This document shows positions 23,694 to 30,467 of a stretch of 32,353 nucleotides of DNA, one piece after another; position 1 is the first letter of the stretch; every line of letters begins with the position of its first letter. The stretch is from contig JAOZPF010000004.1 in the NCBI GenBank assembly GCA_029932895.1, positions 1-32,353 on the forward strand, in the 5' to 3' direction. Made by a program: the position numbers and the translations under genes. Origin of the DNA: Anaerolineae bacterium (lineage in GTDB: Bacteria > Chloroflexota > Anaerolineae > B4-G1 > DUEL01). Under the pieces are notes generated by a model that saw only the letters and a list, made by a program, of their open reading frames with translations, had not been told where the DNA came from and searched no databases.

Positions 23694-24080
23694 ATCAAGG
23701 AGAACAACAGGGCAGCCATTGAGCGGTTCGAGGACTTTCAGGCCTGGCAGGCAGCGCGGGAGTTGACGCGGGCGATTTACGCAATGTCCGCACGGGGACA
23801 GTTCGCCAGGGATTACCGGTTGCGAGACCAAATTCAAGGCTCGGCTATCTCCGTGATGTCCAATATCGCCGAGGGATTTGACGCCGCAACGGACCGCGAA
23901 TTCGCCCGCTTTCTCAGCTATACCCGCCGCTCGGCCAGCGAACCCCAATCCCAACTCTACATCGCCCTGGACCAGAGTTAAATCTCACAGGAGGAATTCG
24001 ATCAGACATACAAACGGGCAACAGAGACCAAGGAGCTGATCGGAGGCTTTATCCGCTATCTGAGGAAACCCAGAACCTGA
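23694..24080 (+). pseudogene. Four-helix-bundle protein (23S rRNA intervening-sequence protein family), disrupted
   Basis: The continuous frame reads IKENNRAAIERFEDFQAWQAARELTRAIY...NIAEGF...SQLYIALDQS*ISQEEFDQTYKRATETKELIGGFIRYLRKPRT. An in-frame TAA at 23979-23981 sits where I recall the family having Tyr (from memory, not aligned). No ATG/GTG/TTG lies upstream of the conserved first helix (ATC at 23694). Confidence 0.7.
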
Positions 24081-24081
24081 C

Positions 24082-24118
24082 GACAAAGACATCAGACACA
24101 GGACATCGAACACCGAAC
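24082..24118. repeat. Tandem heptanucleotide array RACAYNR x5 (opposite polarity to 23648-23689)
   Basis: GACAAA GACATCA GACACAG GACATCG AACACCG AAC. It lies directly after the pseudogene stop and before the kbl RBS. Confidence 0.65.
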
Positions 24119-24137
24119 TTTTGAAAGGAGTGCAACG

Positions 24138-25334
24138 ATGGGAGACAAGCTAGACTTTATGCGTGAGGAGCTCGAGGCCGCCAAGGCTGAAAAGCGATAC
24201 ATCAACATCCGCACAATGGATTCGCCGGCCGACGGATGGATGGTGGTCGACGGGAAGAAGGTGCTGAACTTTTGCACCAACAACTACCTGGGACTAGCCA
24301 ACCACCCGGTGCTCAAGGAGGCCGCCAAGAAAGCCGTTGACGAGTGGGGGGTGGGGCCGGGTGCGGTGCGGACCATCGCTGGCACGCAGCGGCTCCACAC
24401 CGAGTGCGAGCAGCGGATGGCCCGCTTCAAGCGCGTCGAGGCCGCGCTGCTAGTACAGAGCGGCTTTTGCGCCAACCAGGCTGCCATCCCGCCGCTGGTA
24501 GGGCGCGACCGGGCGACCGGGCAACAGGACGTCATCTTCTCCGACCGCCTCAACCATGCCTCCATCATTGACGGGGCACGGCTGAGCGGGGCCAAGATCA
24601 TTGTCTATGAGCACCGCGACGCCGCCGACCTGGAGGCCAAGATCAAAGAACACCTGCCCAACTACCGCCGCGGCCTGATGATCACCGACGGCGTCTTCTC
24701 AATGGACGGCGACGTCGCCCCACTGGACAAGTTATACGAGGTGGCGTCCAAGTATGGCGTGATGACGATGGTGGACGACGCCCACGGCGAGGGCGTGCTC
24801 GGTCACGGGCGCGGCATTGTCTCCCACTTTGGCCTGGAGGGCAAGTTCGATGTCGAGATCGGCACGCTCTCCAAGGCTTTTGGCGTGATGGGCGGCGTCA
24901 TTGCCGGCAGCAGCCTAGTTGTGGAGTACATTCGCCAGAAGGCACGCCCCAACCTCTTTTCCAGCGCCCTGACCCCAGCTGACACCGCCGCTTGCATGAC
25001 CGCGGTGGACTATGTCGAGAGCCACCCCGAATTGGTGAAAAAGCTGTGGGACAACGCCGAGTACTTCAAGGCCGGCATTCAGGCCCTGGGCATCGACACA
25101 GGCCGCACCGAGACCCCCATCGTGCCGGTGATGCTGGGCGATGTGAAACTGGCCAAAGCGTTCAGCGCCAAGCTCTTTGAGTACGGCGTCTTTGCGATGG
25201 CCCTCGGCTTCCCCACCGTCCCGCGCGGGCAGGCCCGCATCCGCGTGATGAACACCGCCGCCCACACCAAAGAGGACCTGGACAAAGGCCTGGAGATCTT
25301 TGAACGCGTCGCGCGCGAACTGGGAGTCATCTAG
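24138..25334 (+). CDS. kbl: Glycine C-acetyltransferase (2-amino-3-ketobutyrate CoA ligase)
   Basis: Typical Kbl/AONS-family PLP enzyme: [28 protein letters not shown], and the PLP-lysine block GTLSKAF. AAAGGAG RBS upstream. Confidence 0.92.
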   Translation: MGDKLDFMREELEAAKAEKRYINIRTMDSPADGWMVVDGKKVLNFCTNNYLGLANHPVLKEAAKKAVDEWGVGPGAVRTIAGTQRLHTECEQRMARFKRVEAALLVQSGFCANQAAIPPLVGRDRATGQQDVIFSDRLNHASIIDGARLSGAKIIVYEHRDAADLEAKIKEHLPNYRRGLMITDGVFSMDGDVAPLDKLYEVASKYGVMTMVDDAHGEGVLGHGRGIVSHFGLEGKFDVEIGTLSKAFGVMGGVIAGSSLVVEYIRQKARPNLFSSALTPADTAACMTAVDYVESHPELVKKLWDNAEYFKAGIQALGIDTGRTETPIVPVMLGDVKLAKAFSAKLFEYGVFAMALGFPTVPRGQARIRVMNTAAHTKEDLDKGLEIFERVARELGVI

Positions 25335-25849
25335 CCCAGCGGCCTGAGCGGCAGAAGCCAGACCAGGTACCGCCGCCCGGCCATGCGCAACATCTCCGCC
25401 CGGGCCTCCCGCAAGTCCGCATCAGTCGGGCGAGCGGGGGTCGGGGCGACGGCGCGCCAGTGTAAATTGACGATCGGGGCACCCAGTTCGGCCCGGGCCT
25501 CGAACTCGGCCTTCCAGCCGCCCACCTCGCCCTCCACAGACAGGGCAAGCGCGAGCCCCTGCTCCAGGTGCGTGGCCTCGTGGACGATTGCCCCCAACAG
25601 CCGGGGATCGGCGGGGTCCGTCTGCGGGGGATAATAGAGAGGGTTGAGCTTGATCGCCCCCCCGAGGGTCCAGCGCGCCGCCGTGCTCTGACGGGCGAAC
25701 CCGACGCGCACGTTGTGATCAATAATGTAGCGGGCCGCGCGCTGGCAGGTGGGACCGCCCCTAGCCAGGTTGGTGAGCACAGCATCACGCCACGTCTGTG
25801 ATGTACCAAGCAACCCGTTGGCCCCGGCCCCCTTGCTACCTTTCCTCAA
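25331..25849 (-). CDS. Hypothetical protein with HExxH zinc-metallopeptidase-like motif
   Basis: [12 protein letters not shown] motif. TTG start preceded by GAGGAG at 7 nt. Its stop overlaps the convergent kbl stop in the palindrome CTAG (25331-25334). Family not recognised. Confidence 0.55.
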   Translation of the reverse strand: MRKGSKGAGANGLLGTSQTWRDAVLTNLARGGPTCQRAARYIIDHNVRVGFARQSTAARWTLGGAIKLNPLYYPPQTDPADPRLLGAIVHEATHLEQGLALALSVEGEVGGWKAEFEARAELGAPIVNLHWRAVAPTPARPTDADLREARAEMLRMAGRRYLVWLLPLRPLG

Positions 25850-25888
25850 AACAGCGCTCCTCTAACGTGTCCACCAATACCCGCGCGT

Positions 25889-26281
25889 TCACGGTCCATC
25901 TGTGGTGGTGGGAAGAAGCCGACGCACGCGCGCGACGACCTCCCCCACCCGCAGCGGACGAGTCAGCCAGGCTGCCACCCGCCCCCGCAGAGCGGCAAAG
26001 GTTCCCGCGCTGTACACTCCCACAAGCAAGAGCAGCGGCGCTTCCAGCAGGCGGAGCAGTTGCTCTACCTGCTGAAGTTGGGCGTCCGGCTCTTGGGTCA
26101 CGTCCAGAATCACCAACGCCGGCCGCACCACCCCGCTGGTCAGCGCCGGCAGGGCAAAACGCAGTCCGGGCAAGGCAACCACCTCATAACTGCCCTCCAG
26201 TTCCGCCAGGATCAGCGTCCGCGCCCGCCACTCGGCCTCGATCAGCAAAACGGCCTGCTGCTGCTCCCCCCCCACCGTCAT
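25889..26281 (-). CDS. Receiver-like (pseudo-receiver) domain protein
   Basis: REC-like strand pattern: VLLIEAE (in place of DD), ALVILDV (Asp kept), PLLLLVGV (no Thr/Ser), WLTRPL (Lys to Arg). ATG 26281 is preceded by GGGAGG at 6 nt; the track start is GTG 26305. Confidence 0.5.
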   Translation of the reverse strand: MTVGGEQQQAVLLIEAEWRARTLILAELEGSYEVVALPGLRFALPALTSGVVRPALVILDVTQEPDAQLQQVEQLLRLLEAPLLLLVGVYSAGTFAALRGRVAAWLTRPLRVGEVVARVRRLLPTTTDGP

Positions 26282-26416
26282 CTCCTGCCTCCCAGTTTCC
26301 CACACCTCCCCCCGCTTGTCAAACCAAAAGGAATCAAGGCTTCAACCGGTCCAGACGAGAGCCCCAGCCAGCAACCAGTTTACTGCCCGAAGGCTCGATC
26401 CCAAGATCCAACCAGG

Positions 26417-26444
26417 TTGACACCCCCTTTCCCCCCGCTATAAT
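26417..26444 (+). promoter_or_regulatory. Consensus sigma70 promoter TTGACA-N16-TATAAT driving a leaderless mRNA
   Basis: TTGACA at 26417-26422 and TATAAT at 26439-26444. The ATG of the glycosyltransferase begins 7 nt after the -10 box (26451). No SD sequence is possible. Confidence 0.7.
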
Positions 26445-26450
26445 GGCGTT

Positions 26451-27563
26451 ATGCGCATCGGCATTGACGCTCGGATCGTCGCCTACCGGCGGGGGGGGAT
26501 CGCCAACTATGTCACCCAACTCTTGGCGGCGCTGGCGGCGCTGGACCCCCAAACCGACTACCGCGTTCTCCGCAGCCGGCGGGAACGGGGACGGGCCGAA
26601 GCGGGGTCCAACCTTCGCCGCGTCACCATCTACACCCCATGCCACCACCCGCTGGAGCGGTGGGCGCTGGGAGCCGAGGTGGCCCGCCTGCAGCTCGACC
26701 TGCTGCACAGCCCCGACTTTATCCCTCCTGCCTTTGGCGCTCGTCACTTTATCATCACCGTGCACGACCTGACTTTTCTCCTCTATCCCCAGTTTCTCAC
26801 CGCCGAGGCTCGCCGCACCTACAACGACCAGATCGGTTGGGCCGTCCGCCGGGCCGACCACATCTTGACCGATTCGGAGGCCACCAGCGCCGACCTGGTC
26901 CGCCTACTGGGGGTAGCGCGAGCCAAGATCACCACCGTCCACCTGGCTGCCGGTCCGGCCTACCGTCCTCTGCCTGTGGCCCAGGTGCGCCCGCCGCTGG
27001 CTCGCTACGGCCTCCAACGTGGCTACCTGCTGTTTGTGGGCACTCTAGAGCCACGCAAGAACCTCCCCGGCCTTCTCTCCGCCTACCGGCTCCTGCTCGA
27101 CCGCGGAGAGACCGACCTCCCTTTGGTGATCGTCGGAGGGCGGGGATGGTTCTTTGAGCAGACGTTCGCCCAAGTGGAAAAGCTGGGGTTGACCGACCGG
27201 GTCCGCTTCCTCCACAACGTGCCCGATGCCGACCTCCCGGCCCTCTACAACGGGGCCACTCTCCTTGCCACCCCCTCTTTCTACGAGGGATTCGGCCTCC
27301 CGGCGCTGGAGGCGATGGCCTGCGGGACGCCGGTGGTAGTCTCGGAGCGCGGCTCGCTGCCCGAGGTGGTGGGGGAAGCTGGCATACAGGTAAACCCGGA
27401 TGTGCCGGCGGGCATCGCGGCGGGGATGAGCCGGCTGCTCAACGACCCGGCCCTGCGGGAACGGCTACGGGAAGCCGGGCTCGCTCGCGCGGCCCAGTTC
27501 ACCTGGGAAAAGACCGCCCGCGAGACCCTGGCGGTCTATCGGCGCGTGGTCGCAGTTTCGTGA
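26451..27563 (+). CDS. Glycosyltransferase family 4 (GT-B, group 1)
   Basis: FVGTLEPRKN...ATPSFYEGFGLPALEAMACGTPVVVS, the E-x7-E region typical of GT4. Confidence 0.9.
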   Translation: MRIGIDARIVAYRRGGIANYVTQLLAALAALDPQTDYRVLRSRRERGRAEAGSNLRRVTIYTPCHHPLERWALGAEVARLQLDLLHSPDFIPPAFGARHFIITVHDLTFLLYPQFLTAEARRTYNDQIGWAVRRADHILTDSEATSADLVRLLGVARAKITTVHLAAGPAYRPLPVAQVRPPLARYGLQRGYLLFVGTLEPRKNLPGLLSAYRLLLDRGETDLPLVIVGGRGWFFEQTFAQVEKLGLTDRVRFLHNVPDADLPALYNGATLLATPSFYEGFGLPALEAMACGTPVVVSERGSLPEVVGEAGIQVNPDVPAGIAAGMSRLLNDPALRERLREAGLARAAQFTWEKTARETLAVYRRVVAVS

Positions 27564-27574
27564 CTTTCCCCCCT

Positions 27575-28582
27575 CTACCCGCCTCCGATCACCAGCACCC
27601 CCGTGCCGTTGATCTCGCTGTGTTTGAGGGCCAGCAGAGCCTCATTGGCCGCCTCCAGGGCAAAGGTCTGGGTTGTGGTCTGGATCGGGACCTCGGCGGC
27701 CATTGCCAACAATTCCTCAGCATCCTGGCGGGTAAAGTTGGCCACGCTACGCACTGTTCGCTCCCAGTAGAGCAGTCGGTCGTAGTCGAGTTTGGGGATG
27801 GCGGTCATCGTCACGCCGGCCAGCGCCAGCGTGCCGCCGCGCTCTAGCACCCGCAATGCCTCAGGGACCAGCCTGCCGGCCGGGGCAAAGATGATGCTGC
27901 CATTCATCCTGGCGGGAGGGTCGTCCTCGGCCCCGCCCACCCAAACCGCACCCAGTTCTCGCGCCAGCCGCCGGTGGCGCTCGCTGCGGGTAAAGACATA
28001 GACCTCGCAGCCCCAATGTCGCGCCACCTGGATCGTGACGTGGGCCGAGCCGCCAAAGCCATAGAGGCCGAGTCGCTGACCGGGCTGCACCTCGCTCAGT
28101 CGCAGCGCTCGGTAGCCGATGATCCCGGCGCACAGGAGCGGCGCGGCGGCGATGTCGGAGAAGCCATCCGGGATGGGATAAGCCAGGTCCTGATAGGCCA
28201 CCATCGCCTCGGCGTAGCCGCCATCGGCGTGCAAGCCTGTGAACCGCGCCTCGCGGCACAGGTTCTCCAGCCCCCGCTGACAGAACTCGCACACACCGCA
28301 GGTGTGGTGAAGCCACCCCACCCCCACCCGGTCCCCCTCTGCGAAACGAGTCACACCATCGCCCAGCGCTTCCACCACCCCCACCACCTGGTGACCGGGG
28401 ACGAGCGGCAGCCGCTCCAGTTCCAGGTCCCCTTCCACTGTGTGCAGGTCGGTGCGACAGACCCCGCAGGCCCGCACCCGGATGCGTACCTGACCGGGGC
28501 CGGGCTGCGGCAGGTCAAGCTCGGTCAGCTCCAGCGGACGCTCCTCCGCTGGCCTCGGCTCGCGCAACAGCATCGCCTTCAT
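27575..28582 (-). CDS. Zinc-dependent alcohol dehydrogenase family protein
   Basis: CGVCRTDLH, PGHQVVG, structural-zinc cluster CGVCEFCQRGLENLC, GFGGSAH Rossmann motif. The start is ATG 28582 (MKAMLL) after GGAGGG; the track start at 28636 overlaps xseB. Confidence 0.88.
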   Translation of the reverse strand: MKAMLLREPRPAEERPLELTELDLPQPGPGQVRIRVRACGVCRTDLHTVEGDLELERLPLVPGHQVVGVVEALGDGVTRFAEGDRVGVGWLHHTCGVCEFCQRGLENLCREARFTGLHADGGYAEAMVAYQDLAYPIPDGFSDIAAAPLLCAGIIGYRALRLSEVQPGQRLGLYGFGGSAHVTIQVARHWGCEVYVFTRSERHRRLARELGAVWVGGAEDDPPARMNGSIIFAPAGRLVPEALRVLERGGTLALAGVTMTAIPKLDYDRLLYWERTVRSVANFTRQDAEELLAMAAEVPIQTTTQTFALEAANEALLALKHSEINGTGVLVIGGG

Positions 28583-28632
28583 ACTGCCCTCCGCCAAAGA
28601 GCTCGCGGCCCACAGGCCGTGAGAGATAACCG

Positions 28633-28854
28633 TCAATCCTGGTCAAAGGGAACGTCCGTGCCCTCTGGCGTCAGCTCCCGCACCTGAAGCTCGGCCTGGT
28701 CCAGTTTAGCGTTGCAGTGCTTGACCAAGGCCTGCCCGCGCTCATAGAGGGCCAGGCTCTCCTCCAGAGTGAGCCCGCCAGCCTCCAGCTTGTGGACCGT
28801 CTCTTCCAGCTCGGCGAACGCTTCCTCAAAGGCCAGTTCTTCGACAGATTTCAT
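28633..28854 (-). CDS. xseB: Exodeoxyribonuclease VII small subunit
   Basis: A 73-aa helical protein, FEEAFAELEETVHKLEAGGLTLEESLALYERGQALVKHC, the typical XseB sequence. Confidence 0.88.
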   Translation of the reverse strand: MKSVEELAFEEAFAELEETVHKLEAGGLTLEESLALYERGQALVKHCNAKLDQAELQVRELTPEGTDVPFDQD

Positions 28855-28878
28855 AGCTCCTCCACCTCGCCAATCAGC

Positions 28879-29454
28879 TTACCCCAACCGAGGCTTGGTC
28901 AGCACTTCCATCACCCGCAGGTCGAAGAACGCCTGGGCGTTGGCCGGGGCCAGGAGGACGGCGGTGTCGGCCCCGCGCCCGGTTCCGCCGATGGCGATGC
29001 AAGGCTCTCCAACAGTGACCAGCCCGGCGTCGGCAGCCATCAGGGCGATCTCCAGACAGACCTTCATTCCTTCGCCAAAGGTGCGCAAAGTATAGGCGAT
29101 GATCTCGTCGGTCAGGTAGGTGTTTAGCCTTTTCCGCACCGCACGGTTGACCCCGCCAAAGGCGTGCTGGCAAGTGAGGATACGCCCGCCCCTCTCTTCG
29201 ATCCTGGCACGATATTCCGCCTCCAACTCTTGAATGTTGGGGCCGCGGAAACCAGTCGAGTGGGTCACGACGATCACCTCACAGTCCGGCAGACGCTCCA
29301 CAGCCCTGGCGCCGGTCTCGCCCGTCGTGGTGGCGACCAGCACTGCCTTGATCCCCAACTGCTCGGCCCGCTGGCGGACCACCTCCAGAGTGCGCTCTGT
29401 GTTCTGGGGGCCTGGCTGGTCAAAGTAGACGGTCGGCACTGTGATCTCGGTCAT
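28879..29454 (-). CDS. Standalone pyruvate kinase C-terminal (alpha/beta) domain-like protein
   Basis: VYFDQPGPQNTERTLEVVRQRAEQLGIKAVLVATTTGETG...VVTHSTGF...MKVCLEIALMAADAGL...IAIGGTGRGADTA. ATG 29454 is preceded by AGGGAG; the track start at 29511 is rejected. Confidence 0.8.
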   Translation of the reverse strand: MTEITVPTVYFDQPGPQNTERTLEVVRQRAEQLGIKAVLVATTTGETGARAVERLPDCEVIVVTHSTGFRGPNIQELEAEYRARIEERGGRILTCQHAFGGVNRAVRKRLNTYLTDEIIAYTLRTFGEGMKVCLEIALMAADAGLVTVGEPCIAIGGTGRGADTAVLLAPANAQAFFDLRVMEVLTKPRLG

Positions 29455-29597
29455 CTTTGCTTCTCCCTTCACTCGAACGCAAAAACAGTATACATCAAGT
29501 GCGGGCTTCACTCAAGTGGGGGGGACAACGGAGAGCGTGTTTCAGTTTTGGCCCGACACGCGGGTGCCCCACCCATTTCGGCTCCGGCGGCTCATTG

Positions 29598-29606
29598 TGG
29601 TATAAT
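29598..29606 (+). promoter_or_regulatory. Extended -10 promoter element TGgTATAAT
   Basis: TGG plus TATAAT at 29598-29606, 35 nt upstream of ATG 29642, followed by GGAGGGACAGGAG. Confidence 0.5.
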
Positions 29607-29641
29607 CGGTCCCGTGCCAGGGAGGGACAGGAGCAAGATCA

Positions 29642-30463
29642 ATGACAGAAGAAATTTCTTACCAGGTCTTTGCCGTCTCCGACGGCACCGGGGGCACCGC
29701 CGAGCGTGCTGTCCGCGCTGCTCTCACCCAGTTCACGAGCAACGTGCAGGTCCATCGTGTCGGCGAGGTACACAGCCGGGAGCAGATCCGCGCGGTCGTC
29801 CGCCAAGCCGCCCAGGGCCACGCCGTCATCGTGCACACGCTGGTGACCGCCGAGCTGAGGCAGGCGATGTTCGATGAGGGCCGGCGGTGGAACGTGCACA
29901 CGCTCGACCTGATGGGCCCGCTCCTGGAGCGCCTCTCCGACCTGCTGGAGATGCCCCCGATGGCCCAGCCTGGGCGCTTTGGCGTCTATGGGCCAGAGGA
30001 ATACAGCCGGCGCATCGACGCGATGGACTTTGCCTTTCGCCACGACGACGGTCGGCGGGTGGAGGAACTGGACCAGGCCGAGATCGTACTGGTCGGTGTC
30101 TCCCGCACCGGCAAGACTCCGCTCAGCGTCTACCTGGCCTACCGCGGTTGGATGGTGGGGAACGTCCCCATCGTCCAAGGGTTCAACCTGCCAGCTATCT
30201 TGGACTCCCTCCCCCCGGAGCGAGTCATCGGCCTCTCTGTGACCCCGCAGCGGCTGGTCCAGCTGCGCCGGGCGCGCGCAACACGGATGGGCATGACCGG
30301 CCGTTCATACGTCGATCTGGCGCAGGTGCGGGAGGAAGTCAACTATGCACTGAGCATCTTTCGCCAGCACGGGTGGCGTCAGGTGGACATGACTTCCAAA
30401 CCCATCGAGGAGGCGACAGCCGAGGTGGTCGCGCTGATGGGTAGCCAGGAGAGCAGGGAATAG
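29642..30463 (+). CDS. Pyruvate,phosphate dikinase / PEP synthase regulatory protein (DUF299 kinase-pyrophosphorylase)
   Basis: VFAVSDGTGGTAE N-terminus, P-loop LVGVSRTGKTPLS, and a length of 273 aa typical of the family. Confidence 0.88.
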   Translation: MTEEISYQVFAVSDGTGGTAERAVRAALTQFTSNVQVHRVGEVHSREQIRAVVRQAAQGHAVIVHTLVTAELRQAMFDEGRRWNVHTLDLMGPLLERLSDLLEMPPMAQPGRFGVYGPEEYSRRIDAMDFAFRHDDGRRVEELDQAEIVLVGVSRTGKTPLSVYLAYRGWMVGNVPIVQGFNLPAILDSLPPERVIGLSVTPQRLVQLRRARATRMGMTGRSYVDLAQVREEVNYALSIFRQHGWRQVDMTSKPIEEATAEVVALMGSQESRE

Positions 30464-30467
30464 AGAG

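Noticed and set aside
23654-24118. Reading the flanking heptamer arrays as one strong RNase III-type stem
   Set aside because: Only 23 of 36 ungapped positions are complementary, in short 3-4 bp blocks. This is reported as phased inverted repeat arrays, not as a confirmed stable stem.
25798-26772. 324-aa plus-strand ORF spanning the pseudo-receiver gene and the GT4 promoter and 5' end
   Set aside because: The translation is extremely Pro/Ala/Arg-rich and low-complexity. It runs through a consensus promoter and overlaps better-supported genes, so it is treated as a high-GC artefact.
27575-28582. GHQ instead of the usual GHE motif in the zinc alcohol dehydrogenase
   Set aside because: I cannot verify from memory whether this is a normal subfamily variant. 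The other zinc ligands and the structural-zinc Cys cluster are intact, so it is not treated as a loss of function.
28633-28854. xseB without an adjacent xseA
   Set aside because: xseA can be encoded elsewhere. The absence of a partner within a 32-kb window is not informative.
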